From a bacterium (GTDB lineage: Bacteria > UBA8248), in assembly GCA_965213685.1 (NCBI GenBank), contig CBDBZY010000013.1:61987-125986 (forward strand): a DNA stretch of 64,000 nt. Reading direction: 5' to 3'. Below are positions 1 through 9,362 of this stretch, in pieces. The translations under genes were made by a program, and so were the position numbers. Every line of letters starts with the position of its first letter. The stretch's first letter is position 1. The notes under the pieces were generated by a model, which made no database searches, had not been told where the DNA came from, and saw nothing but the letters and a program-made list of their open reading frames with translations.

Positions 1-825
1 TGCTACGGCATCGCCTGCTCGGAGAGCGCGGGCCTTCGGGCGAATTTTGGAACCATGACGAAGCCCTACCACTGCGGCCGCGCGGCGGAGAACGGCGTGG
101 TGGCGGCGCGCCTGGCGGCCGGCGGCTATTCTTCCGACCCCACGATATTTGACGGGCGGTGGGGGTTTTTCCAGATCATGGGCGGGGGCTGCGACCGGGA
201 TTATATCGTCGGCAAGCTCGGCAACGACTGGTCGGCGGTGGATCCGGGGGTTTCCATCAAGCCCTACCCTTGCGGCTCCCTCTCGCACCCCGCCATGGAC
301 GCCGCCAGGGACCTGATTCTGGAAAACGACATACGGCACGAACAGGTCAAGGAGCTGCGCTTCGGCACCACCGCGCGCGTGCTGGAGCCGCTGCGCTACA
401 AGGAGCCGCAGAATGAACTGGAGGCGAAATTCTCCTTGCAGTTTGGTTTCGCCGTCTTGCTGCTCGAGCGCGCGGCCGGCATCGCCCAATACAAGGACGA
501 AGTCGTCCGCCGCCCCGACGTCGTGGAGATGATGAAGAAGGTCCACGCTTTCAAGGACGATGAAATCGAGGCACAGGGATACGCCCTGATTCGCGGCAAG
601 GTGGAGATAGAACTCGAAGACGGCGCGGTGTACGAGAAAATGTCCGAAATTTCCCGCGGCACTCCCCAGCGGCCGATGGATCGCGAGGAGCTTTTCGAGA
701 AGTTCACCGAATGCGCCGGCCTGGTGTACGGGAGCGAGCAGATCGCCAGGCTGGAGGCGATGCTCTACAAGATCGATACGGCGGAGAACATTCACGGCCT
801 CATCGAACTGCTGGGCGAAGGATAA
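1..825 (+). CDS. MmgE/PrpD family protein (5' truncated by window edge)
   Basis: Frame open from base 1; motifs NFGTMTKPYHCGRAAENG, IKPYPCG, EAKFSL and RGTP are typical of MmgE/PrpD. Confidence 0.9.
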   Translation, partial: CYGIACSESAGLRANFGTMTKPYHCGRAAENGVVAARLAAGGYSSDPTIFDGRWGFFQIMGGGCDRDYIVGKLGNDWSAVDPGVSIKPYPCGSLSHPAMDAARDLILENDIRHEQVKELRFGTTARVLEPLRYKEPQNELEAKFSLQFGFAVLLLERAAGIAQYKDEVVRRPDVVEMMKKVHAFKDDEIEAQGYALIRGKVEIELEDGAVYEKMSEISRGTPQRPMDREELFEKFTECAGLVYGSEQIARLEAMLYKIDTAENIHGLIELLGEG

Positions 826-878
826 GAGGCGAAGCGATTCTCCCTTGTCGGACGGCGCGTGTTTCGTCCGGGAGGGGG

Positions 879-1307
879 GTGGCGGATGACGGGACAAAGG
901 AGAGACGATTGGGCTTTCATCGGTGGGAAGAGGTTCCCGAGACCCAGAACCTCCGCAAGGGCACCATGCGCCGGGCGGTCGCGCTCGACGGCTTGACGAT
1001 GCAGCGCGGCGAGATATCGCCCGGCACGACGTTCGATGAGCGCACGATTCATCGCCATCCGGAGGATCAGTTTATCGTCCTGCTCGAGGGCAGGCTGCGG
1101 CTGCGCATCGACGGCGCGGAGGAGTGGCTGGAGCCCGGCGGGTTCGCCGCCATACCCGGCGGCGCGTTCCACAGCGCGACGGGCGTGGGGCGCGAGGGCG
1201 CGAAATACGTCGAAATCCTCTCCGGGGGCCGCATCGACTATTTGCCCGGCTATCTGGGCGCGCCCCGAAACGAATTCTTGCATGAGCAGAAAAGCGGGGA
1301 GCGATGA
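879..1307 (+). CDS. Cupin domain protein
   Basis: GTG after GGAGG; cupin motifs HRHPEDQ..LEG and IPGGAFHS. Confidence 0.8.
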   Translation: MADDGTKERRLGFHRWEEVPETQNLRKGTMRRAVALDGLTMQRGEISPGTTFDERTIHRHPEDQFIVLLEGRLRLRIDGAEEWLEPGGFAAIPGGAFHSATGVGREGAKYVEILSGGRIDYLPGYLGAPRNEFLHEQKSGER

Positions 1308-1696
1308 CGAAAGAGGCGAGGCGCATTTTTGTCGTTTGCGCGGACTTGATGTTCTCCGCCGGGATTCGGGAGGCGGGAGCCTCCCGGGGCGTGACGCTGG
1401 AGTTCATCGATTCGAAAGAGAAATTTCAGGAGGCACTCGCGCATTTTCGCGCGCCGTTGCTCCTGGCGGATTTGCATCACCATGCGTTGGGCGGGGATCG
1501 GGCGGGCGAGCTCGTCGCCGCGCTGAGGGCCAGCGAGAAAAACGCGCGGACGTACGCCGTCGCCTGGGGCAAGCATACCGAACCGGGGCTGCTCCGCTCG
1601 GCGGAGCGGGCGGGGTTCGACAAGGCGATGCCGCGCTCCTTGTTCGTGAGGGAAATGCCCGAACTCGTTCGGCGCGCCGCGGCGAGCGGAATTTGA
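1304..1696 (+). CDS. Stand-alone receiver (CheY)-like protein
   Basis: DLMF, LLLADL and AGFDKAMPRS pattern; ATGA overlap with the cupin gene. Confidence 0.6.
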   Translation: MTKEARRIFVVCADLMFSAGIREAGASRGVTLEFIDSKEKFQEALAHFRAPLLLADLHHHALGGDRAGELVAALRASEKNARTYAVAWGKHTEPGLLRSAERAGFDKAMPRSLFVREMPELVRRAAASGI

Positions 1697-2046
1697 GCGG
1701 GCGCACGACGCCCCGTCCCGAGGGAGGGAGGCCCAACCCGGAGGCGTGCGACGGCTCCCTCGTCTGGTGGGTGGGCGTGCCGACGTCGGAGCAGAACTAT
1801 TTGCAGGCGGTGCTGGAAGGCTATGATGATTTAGGATACTACCAGACGTTCCGCTCCGGTGCCGGGAAAAACGAGGGGGAGCAGCCCATCTCGCTTGCGC
1901 GGCTGACCTCCTCCGTCGATGCGCGGGCGGAAGCGGAAGCGCTTCTCGATGCGCTCTCTGAAGAAGTGAATCTCCACATCCTGGACGTCACCCCTCCGTT
2001 CGGCTCTGCGGAACAGCCCCGATCCATAGCGGACGCCTCCGGCTAG
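1693..2046 (+). CDS. DUF4911-like small protein
   Basis: TTGA overlap with upstream gene; YLQAVLEGYDDLG..T resembles DUF4911. Confidence 0.55.
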   Translation: MSGRTTPRPEGGRPNPEACDGSLVWWVGVPTSEQNYLQAVLEGYDDLGYYQTFRSGAGKNEGEQPISLARLTSSVDARAEAEALLDALSEEVNLHILDVTPPFGSAEQPRSIADASG

Positions 2047-2108
2047 ACGGGGGGGAGGCTCGTCCGCGCGATCGTTCCCTTGCCTGTCCGCGGGGCGGGA
2101 GAGAAGAG

Positions 2109-2960
2109 ATGGCAGGCGGGCACTCCCCGTTTTTCCGGAAGGCTTCGGTGGTCTTGCTCGCTCTGGGGGTTTGGGCGAACTCCCAGGCGGCGGAGCGCCT
2201 GAAGCTGGCGACCACGACGAGCACGGAGAATTCCGGCCTCCTGGCCCAGTTGCATCCGGCGTTCGAGAAAAGGCACGGCGTTCTCGTGCATACGATATCG
2301 GTGGGCACGGGGAAGGCGCTGCGATTGGGCCGGAATGGCGACGTGGACGTCGTGCTCGTCCACGCCAGGAAGGCGGAAGATGCGTTTGTGGCCCAAGGCT
2401 ACGGCGTTCGCAGAAGATCGGTCATGTACAACGATTTTGTGATCGTCGGCCCGGCTTCCGACCCCGCCGGTGTGTTCCGGACGCGCAACGTCTACGAGGC
2501 GTTGCGGAGAATCCGCAATTCCCGAAGCCTTTGGTTCAGCAGAGGGGACGACTCCGGGACCCACAAGAAGGAGATGGCGCTCTGGAGGGACGCCGGCGTC
2601 GCCGCCTTCGGCCCCTGGCATCGCGCCCTGGGCCAGGGAATGGGCAGGACGCTGATGGCGGCGGACGAGAAGGGCGGATACGCGATGACGGACAGGGGCA
2701 CCTACATCGCCCTCCTCTCCAAGGGGAGGGTTGCGCTCCGGATCCAGGGGCCGAGGGGAGAGCGTCTGCATAACCCCTACAGCGTGATCGCCGTGAACCC
2801 CAGGCGTCACCCGCACGTGCGGTTCGACCTGGCGGCGAAATATATCGACTTCCTCACCTCCGCCGAGGGGCAGGGGATCATCCGGGATTTTCGGCTCATG
2901 GGGAAAGCCCTCTTTTATCCGGGCGCGAAGAGAAATCCGGGCGCGAAGAGAACGCCTTGA
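2109..2960 (+). CDS. tupA: Tungstate ABC transporter substrate-binding protein
   Basis: Signal peptide; ATTTSTENSGLL, GTGKAL, MYNDFVIVGP and SRGDDSGTH motifs. Confidence 0.92.
   Translation: MAGGHSPFFRKASVVLLALGVWANSQAAERLKLATTTSTENSGLLAQLHPAFEKRHGVLVHTISVGTGKALRLGRNGDVDVVLVHARKAEDAFVAQGYGVRRRSVMYNDFVIVGPASDPAGVFRTRNVYEALRRIRNSRSLWFSRGDDSGTHKKEMALWRDAGVAAFGPWHRALGQGMGRTLMAADEKGGYAMTDRGTYIALLSKGRVALRIQGPRGERLHNPYSVIAVNPRRHPHVRFDLAAKYIDFLTSAEGQGIIRDFRLMGKALFYPGAKRNPGAKRTP
2917..2952. repeat. Perfect 18-bp tandem duplication at the tupA 3' end
   Basis: atccgggcgcgaagagaa x2, encoding PGAKRN-PGAKRT. Confidence 0.9.
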
Positions 2961-2984
2961 AGGGTTGATGCGGGGGGCGGTGCC

Positions 2985-3671
2985 TTGGAATATCTGCTCG
3001 ACGGGTTTGGCGATGGCTTGATGCGGGTGCTGAGAGCGGACCCCCATGTCATGCGCGCCGCCTGGGTAACCGTCAAGGTGGGGTTTCTGGCCACGATTCT
3101 CGCGTCCTGCCTGGGCTTGCCCGCAGGCTTTTTCATGGCGACGGCCCGCTTCCGGGGGCGCGGGATCGCCATCACCATGCTTCAGACGTCGCTCGGTTTC
3201 CCCACCGTCGTCATCGGGCTGCTCGTGTATGGCCTCATCTCCCGGCGGGGCCCCCTGGGATTTGCCGACCTGCTGTTCACTCCGTCGGCCATCGTCATCG
3301 GGCTGGTCGTGCTGGCGGTTCCCCTGGTGGCGGTATTCTCCATGACGTCCGTCGCGTCCGTGGACGGCAGGGTGCGGGAAACGGCGCTCACCCTGGGCGC
3401 CTCCGGCGGGATGGTGGCGTGGACGGTGCTGCGCGAGGTGCGCTTCGGGATGGTCGCGGCGGTGCTGGCGGCGTTTGGCCGCGTGTCCTCGGAGGTGGGC
3501 ATCGCCATGATGCTCGGAGGGAACATCGAGGGATACACCCGAACCCTGACCACCGCCATCGCCCTCGAGAGCATGAAAGGAGAGTTCGGCTTCGGGGTCG
3601 CGCTCGGCGTCGTCCTCCTGCTGATTGTCCTGCTCGTGAATTTGCTTTCCCGCTGCGCGCAGAGGTCCTGA
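2985..3671 (+). CDS. tupB: Tungstate ABC transporter permease
   Basis: PTVVIGL, AAFGR..SEVG..MMLGGNI..TRTLTTAI; follows tupA. Confidence 0.9.
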   Translation: MEYLLDGFGDGLMRVLRADPHVMRAAWVTVKVGFLATILASCLGLPAGFFMATARFRGRGIAITMLQTSLGFPTVVIGLLVYGLISRRGPLGFADLLFTPSAIVIGLVVLAVPLVAVFSMTSVASVDGRVRETALTLGASGGMVAWTVLREVRFGMVAAVLAAFGRVSSEVGIAMMLGGNIEGYTRTLTTAIALESMKGEFGFGVALGVVLLLIVLLVNLLSRCAQRS

Positions 3672-3672
3672 C

Positions 3673-4323
3673 GTGGGCGCGTTTCTTCTCGAGAACGTGA
3701 AGTTTCGCTTCGCGTCGGACCTGGTTCTGGACGTGGACAGGCTGGAGGTTCCATCCGGCGGGGTGACGCTGCTCACCGGAGCGAACGGTTCCGGGAAAAC
3801 GACCCTGCTGCGCGTGATGGCGGGCCTGCTCGCACCCGAGGCCGGCGCCGTCGCCTATCGGGGCGAACCCGTCCTTTTCGGCAAGCGCGGACTCGCCCAC
3901 AGGAGGAGGGTTACGCTCCTCTCGCAGGATCCCTATCTTTTTCAGGGAACCGTTCTTCGGAACGTCGCCTATGGGCCCCGGGCGCGGGGGATGGGCGCGT
4001 CGCGGGCGAACGACGAGGCCCGGGAGGCCATCCTCCGAACGCGCTGCGAAGGCCTGGCGGACCGGGACGCCGCGAAACTCTCCGGCGGGGAGAGAAAGCG
4101 CGTCGCCCTCGCCCGGGCGTTGGCGGCGGGGGCGGAAACCCTGCTTCTGGATGAGCCCACCTCCTATGTGGACGAGGAGAACAGCGCCCTCATCCTCGGG
4201 ATGATCGAGGATTTGGCCGCCTCGGGAGTCACGTTGGTCGTGAGTACCCACACGCAGGGATGGGCGGGTTCTCTCGCGGTGCGCAGCGTGCGGCTCGCGT
4301 ATGGCAGGGTGGCGCGGGCTTAG
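3673..4323 (+). CDS. tupC: Tungstate ABC transporter ATP-binding protein
   Basis: Walker A GANGSGKT, LSGGE signature, LLLDEP. Confidence 0.85.
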   Translation: MGAFLLENVKFRFASDLVLDVDRLEVPSGGVTLLTGANGSGKTTLLRVMAGLLAPEAGAVAYRGEPVLFGKRGLAHRRRVTLLSQDPYLFQGTVLRNVAYGPRARGMGASRANDEAREAILRTRCEGLADRDAAKLSGGERKRVALARALAAGAETLLLDEPTSYVDEENSALILGMIEDLAASGVTLVVSTHTQGWAGSLAVRSVRLAYGRVARA

Positions 4324-5075
4324 GGCAATTCGCTCTCGTCGGCGTGGTGGGCGTCGCCGAACAGGTCGGCCTCGAGGGGGCCTCCGCCCCAGACGGGATG
4401 GCGCCTGCGATAATAGTCCACCAGTCCCGCCCCGAACATTTCGGGACGGGCATAATCCGTCGGCTGCCTTTGAGAGCGGTGACACGCCTGTGCCCGCAGC
4501 CTCGCATCGGGAAATTGTCTGCCGTCGAGGACAGTCGTGTAGTCGCTCCGATGGGCGAGGTCGGGGCGATTCAAAAGGGCGCGCCTTTTCTCCGGCGACG
4601 TTCGGTGGTAGAGGCGCCCGGGAGCGTCGGCCGGGCTTTCTCGCCTCAGCTGATGGAACGCTCCGCTCGTCCAGCGGCCAACGGCGACGTGATCGGGATG
4701 TCCGGTGACGCCGTCCTCGCCGTATGTCACGACGACGTCGGGCGAGAAGGTTCGGATGAAGTCTGCGATGCGGGGCAGAATGGCGGAATCCTCCACCGCC
4801 CCCAATCCGCCGTCGGGGTAGTTCCAGAGCTCCAGACGTTCCACGCCGAGCACCCGGCAGGCGTCTCTCAGCTCCGCCTCCCGAACGGCGCCCAGCTCAT
4901 GGGGCTGGCATACGCCGTTCGTGCGGCCCGCCTCTCCCCGCGTGAGGGTGAGGAGCCCCATCCGTATCCCCTGGCTCGCGCAGAGCGCGAACGTGGCGGG
5001 ATTGCCAAAGGACTCGTCGTCGGGGTGCGCATACACGTGCAGAATGGCGCGCTGGGAGTTCGAAGCGTTCGTCAT
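4320..5075 (-). CDS. PIG-L family deacetylase (BshB/MshB-like)
   Basis: AHPDDE, TRGEAG, YPDG and GHPDH motifs. Confidence 0.9.
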   Translation of the reverse strand: MTNASNSQRAILHVYAHPDDESFGNPATFALCASQGIRMGLLTLTRGEAGRTNGVCQPHELGAVREAELRDACRVLGVERLELWNYPDGGLGAVEDSAILPRIADFIRTFSPDVVVTYGEDGVTGHPDHVAVGRWTSGAFHQLRRESPADAPGRLYHRTSPEKRRALLNRPDLAHRSDYTTVLDGRQFPDARLRAQACHRSQRQPTDYARPEMFGAGLVDYYRRRHPVWGGGPLEADLFGDAHHADESELP

Positions 5076-5327
5076 TATGGCGCGGATGCGGGCGGGCGGT
5101 CTCCGTGGAACCAGGGCGCGCCATGGTATCATCTCCCAAGGATGACGCAAGAACGGTCGTTCCGGTTGCGCGCCTCTTCCCGTGCCGGCTTCCCTTGCCC
5201 CGCGCCTTTGTTTGGTTTAGTATGAAAACTTCGGATTCCCTGAAATTTGGTGCCATGCAGGCCGAGATTCGGGCCCGCGCCGGTGGACGGGCCGCAAAGC
5301 CATTTTCCATTACAAGGAGTCGGTATT

Positions 5328-6485
5328 GTGGAGTTGACGATTTCGAGGGATATGCTGCTCAAGGCCCTTCAAACGGTGCAGGGCGTCGTGGAAAGCAGAA
5401 GCAGCGCGATGCCCATCCTGCAAAATGTGCTGATCGAGACCGAAGGCGAGAAGAACATCCGCCTGCTGGGCACGAATCTCGACATCAGCATGCGGGGCAT
5501 GTTTGAGGCCGGGGTGGAGAAGGCGGGCAAGGTTACGCTCAGCGCCCGGAAGTTGTTCGACATCGTCCGGGAGCTTCCCGACTCCGAGATTCGCTTGACC
5601 GAAGAGGACGGGCAGTGGATACGGATGCGCTGCAGGCGTTCCAACGTTCGCTTCCCGGGGCTGCCGCCGGCGGACTTTCCGACCCTTCCGGTTCCCGAGG
5701 AATCCAAGACGCGCCCGGTCGCCGCTCCGGTTTTGCTCGAGATGATCCGCAAGACGATGTTCTCGATATCCCAGGACGAGACGCGCTATACCTACAACGG
5801 CGTTTTCATGGAGACCGACGCCGACTCCATGCGCCTCGTCGCCACGGACGGCCACCGGCTGGCGATGATTGAGCGCGCGGGCGGCGGGCTGGCGCTTGAC
5901 GAGGGAGTCATCGTCCACAAGAAGGCCTTGGGAGAGCTCGTGAAGCTCCTGCAGGGCGTGGAGGGCGATGTGTCCGTGTCCCTCACCAACGTCCCGAGTC
6001 CTTCGGGCATCGGCTTTCCCGAAGGGGAGGCGTCCGGCTTCCAGCCCCCGAACCACATCATTTTCCAGGTGGGGGACGTGGCGCTGTCGGCGCGGTTGAT
6101 AGACGGCGAGTTTCCGAAATACAGACAAGTCATCCCGGACAACAACGAGCACTCCGTTCTGATGAACCGGGGGAGCCTGACGCAGGCGCTCCGGCGCGTC
6201 TCCCTTTTCGCCAACGAAACGGGCATGGTGAAGTTCGAGTTCTCTCCCGGGCAGTTGCGGCTGACGGCGCACGGCTCGGAGGCGGGGGAGGCCGAGGAGG
6301 TCATGGAGTCGGACGCGCAGACGGAGCTCACGATCGGCTTCAACGCGAGGTATTGTCTCGACGCGCTCTCCGTGCTGGAGGAGGAGCAGGTTTGCATGGA
6401 GCTGAAGGATTCCCTGAGTCCCGGGATGCTCCGTCCCAAGGACGCAGACGGCTATGTCTATGTCGTGATGCCGATGCGCGTCTGA
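5328..6485 (+). CDS. dnaN: DNA polymerase III beta sliding clamp
   Basis: GTG after AAGGAG; PILQNVL, VATDGHRLA, RLIDGEFP.Y, IGFNARY and C-terminal YVVMPMRV. Confidence 0.97.
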   Translation: MELTISRDMLLKALQTVQGVVESRSSAMPILQNVLIETEGEKNIRLLGTNLDISMRGMFEAGVEKAGKVTLSARKLFDIVRELPDSEIRLTEEDGQWIRMRCRRSNVRFPGLPPADFPTLPVPEESKTRPVAAPVLLEMIRKTMFSISQDETRYTYNGVFMETDADSMRLVATDGHRLAMIERAGGGLALDEGVIVHKKALGELVKLLQGVEGDVSVSLTNVPSPSGIGFPEGEASGFQPPNHIIFQVGDVALSARLIDGEFPKYRQVIPDNNEHSVLMNRGSLTQALRRVSLFANETGMVKFEFSPGQLRLTAHGSEAGEAEEVMESDAQTELTIGFNARYCLDALSVLEEEQVCMELKDSLSPGMLRPKDADGYVYVVMPMRV

Positions 6486-6631
6486 GCACCCCCCTGGCCT
6501 CGCTTCGGCGGGTTTCCGGATTCGGGGCGGCGCGTTTTCCCGCCGGATGAGGATGTTTTCGCTGCCTGTCGCCTCCCGGGCGCCTCCCGAGACGGGGCGC
6601 GCCTGTGCTTTTCCGTTGCGGGTCCCACAAA

Positions 6632-7867
6632 ATGCGCTCGTATTTTTCAGAGGAGGCGAGCGAGAGCTCGGGCCGCTATTACGGCTGGGTGATCGTTGGC
6701 CTCACGTTTTTCACCATGGCGGTCGGCGGCTCCATCGTCGGCACGTTTCCCGTGTTTTACGTGGCTTTTCTCGACGAGTTCGGCTGGTCGCGCGCGGACA
6801 CCGCCCTCGCGTTCTCGTTTTCGATGGCCACTTTCGCGGTTTCCGCAGGCCCCATCGGCGCGATGGTGGACCGCTGGGGGCCGCGGGTGATCATGCCCGC
6901 GGGAATCGCCATTCTGGGCGCAGGCCTCGCCTTGATGTCGCTGGTTTCCAGTCTGCCCACCCTGTATTTTTTCTACGGCGGCGTCGTGGCCCTGGGCGTC
7001 ACCATGTTCGGTTTTATCCCCACGAGCACCGTCGTCAGCCAATGGTTCGCGCAGCGCCGCTCCACGGCGATGGGAATATCGCTGTCCGGGAGGAGTTGCG
7101 GCGGCGTAGTCATGGTCCCGCTTTCCGCCTACCTCATCGCGGCTTTCGGGTGGCGCGCGGCCTATGCGGTTCTCGCCGTGGGCGTCATCGTCCTGCTCGT
7201 TCCCCTGAACGTGTTCTTGCACCGCGGCCGCACCCCGGCGCGAGAAAGAAAAACGGGCGACGCCCCCGGTGCCAACTGGACCTTGGGCGACGCCCTGGGC
7301 GACTGGGTTTTCTGGCTGTTGTTTCTGGCGGGGATGTTCCAGGGAATCGGCTTCAGCGTGGTGGGCGTCCACCAGGTCGCGCATATGGTGGACGTGGGGA
7401 TCAGCCCGATTCGGGCGGCCTCGCTGATAGGCGCCCTGGGCGTGGTCCGGGCGCTGGGGGGCATTTTCGGCGGCTGGGCGGGGGACAGCCTGGGGCGCAC
7501 CCGAACGTTCGCCCTGTTCAGCGTCCTGGCGATGCTGGGCGTTTCGATGCTGATTTCCGCCTCCGGGCGCCATGCGTGGCTGGGGTATGCGTATGTCCTG
7601 GTGTATGGAATCGGCGCCGGTGCCCGCGGAACGATTTTCGTATCCATCAAGGCGGACATCTTCCCCGGCGAAAACTTCGGGCGCATCCTCGGTTTCAGCC
7701 AGATGGGCGGGGGCCTGGCCTCGGCCGTGGGGCCCTGGCTCGCGGGGTATTTTTTTGACATCTGGAATAGCTACTACTGGGCCTTCATGCTCGTGCTGCT
7801 CGTTCAGGCGCTCTCGATCCTGGCGGTGCTGGCGGCGTCCTCGGGAGCGGGAAGAAGAAAGGGGTGA
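6632..7867 (+). CDS. MFS transporter (OFA/MCT-like)
   Basis: About 12 hydrophobic segments; YYGWVIV, FGWSR, motif A G.MVDRWGPR, WF..RR. Confidence 0.9.
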   Translation: MRSYFSEEASESSGRYYGWVIVGLTFFTMAVGGSIVGTFPVFYVAFLDEFGWSRADTALAFSFSMATFAVSAGPIGAMVDRWGPRVIMPAGIAILGAGLALMSLVSSLPTLYFFYGGVVALGVTMFGFIPTSTVVSQWFAQRRSTAMGISLSGRSCGGVVMVPLSAYLIAAFGWRAAYAVLAVGVIVLLVPLNVFLHRGRTPARERKTGDAPGANWTLGDALGDWVFWLLFLAGMFQGIGFSVVGVHQVAHMVDVGISPIRAASLIGALGVVRALGGIFGGWAGDSLGRTRTFALFSVLAMLGVSMLISASGRHAWLGYAYVLVYGIGAGARGTIFVSIKADIFPGENFGRILGFSQMGGGLASAVGPWLAGYFFDIWNSYYWAFMLVLLVQALSILAVLAASSGAGRRKG

Positions 7868-7993
7868 TCGTTCCGCGAGAGCGTCTTCCGGGCGCCCGCG
7901 CCCCCGCTGGTCCCGGACGGGGCGCCTTCTCTCCCGGCGTTGGGGGGAGGGAGGGAGCCGGAAAATCCCGAGAGAGGAAATCCCGGCCCCGGA

Positions 7994-8567
7994 TCAGGAA
8001 GCCGCCCCTTCCTTTTCGGCGATCATCAACTCTATCAAGGCGACGATGTTCTCCGGGGCGGTTTGCTCGATGTTCAGCGTGCCGTGGTAGATGGTGGAAT
8101 CGGCGAAATCCACGTTGAAGAAGTATTGGGAGAACAGTCCCTGATCCCGGTCGGCGCGCTTGATGGTCTCCTCGGCGGCCGTTCTCGACACGCCGGACGA
8201 CTCCATGAAATGGCGGATGCGCGCCTCCACGCTGCCGACGATTCGCAGGTGGAGGGCGTCGGTGCGCGCCCGGAGGAGCACCTGTCCCCCCCCACCCGCC
8301 GACCACGACGTCCCCCCTGTCCGCCGCCTCGTTCATGGCTTCGGACAAAACCTCCCGCAGGCGGTCTTTTTTCACGCCGAACGTACGCTCGAGAATCGTC
8401 GGGGCGCGCCCTTCGATTTTCTCCAGATCCAGGTTCAGGCCTTTCCGGTTGCAGGCCTCGACGAATTCCTCTCGCCCCAGAAAATCATGGCGCAACTTTT
8501 CGGCGAGCTGGCGCGCGATGAAAATTCCGCCGGTCCCGTACTGGCGGGAGATGGTGATGACGGCCAT
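7994..8567 (-). CDS. Cytidylate kinase-like family protein, frameshifted at ~8286-8293
   Basis: N-terminal VITISRQYGTGG; removing one base from the G8 run restores GGWGGQVLL and joins the 7994..8281 ORF. Confidence 0.8.
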
Positions 8568-8775
8568 GTGAAATCTCCTTTTCCAGGAGTGCGATTTTCA
8601 GAATACTCCCTCCTCTTCCATCCTATCAAAGATGCGCGCTCCATACGACCACCGCCCGTGGCGGCCCGTTCTCCGCCGCCGCCCTCCCCCCTGGGCCGGG
8701 GTGAGCGATGGCGCGAAGGTGGTGTATGCTGTGGCGGAACGGCTCCGGCGAACCCGTATCGATGGTTAGCGAGGG

Positions 8776-9357
8776 ATGATGGGCTTTATGGCGACTCCAC
8801 CCGATGAGGTTCTCAGGCGCCTCGGCGTGCATACCCCGTTGTATGCGGCGAGTGCAGAGGGAATTTTCGCCGTTCTGAACGATCCGGAGAAGGGTCATTT
8901 TTTTGCGGTGGACCGCGGGAGCGGCAATTTCCGCTGGCGGGTCGAGAACGCCTCGGGCTGGGTCATCGCGCCTCCGCTCATCTGGGAGGATCTGTATATC
9001 GTGGGCACAAGCCGGGTGGAGATGAAGCGCGAGGAGGAGGAGGGCGGGCCGTTCGCCACGGTGGACTGGAAGCGGGGAGGCTCGGTGTATGCCTTCGCCG
9101 CTGCGGATGGTGCCGTGCGATTTTGGGATGACAAATCCGGGGTGGTGCGGGAGACGCCCCGGATAGAGGACGGCGTCTTGATCGTGGAGGGCGAAATTCG
9201 GGCGGGCGGCTTTCGGGACGAGGCGCCGTGGTCTTCCTCTGCCCATGTGGAGAGCCGCTTTTCGCTGACGAACCGGCGCCTCATCGCCCGCCGCGCCCGG
9301 GGAGACGTTCCCCCCGGATATTTTCAGGGCGAGGCGCCGCCGGCGGAGTGGACCTGA
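8776..9357 (+). CDS. Hypothetical protein with PQQ-type beta-propeller-like repeats
   Basis: FAVD..SG..RW and VYAF.AADG...W repeats. Confidence 0.5.
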   Translation: MMGFMATPPDEVLRRLGVHTPLYAASAEGIFAVLNDPEKGHFFAVDRGSGNFRWRVENASGWVIAPPLIWEDLYIVGTSRVEMKREEEEGGPFATVDWKRGGSVYAFAAADGAVRFWDDKSGVVRETPRIEDGVLIVEGEIRAGGFRDEAPWSSSAHVESRFSLTNRRLIARRARGDVPPGYFQGEAPPAEWT

Positions 9358-9362
9358 TGCGC

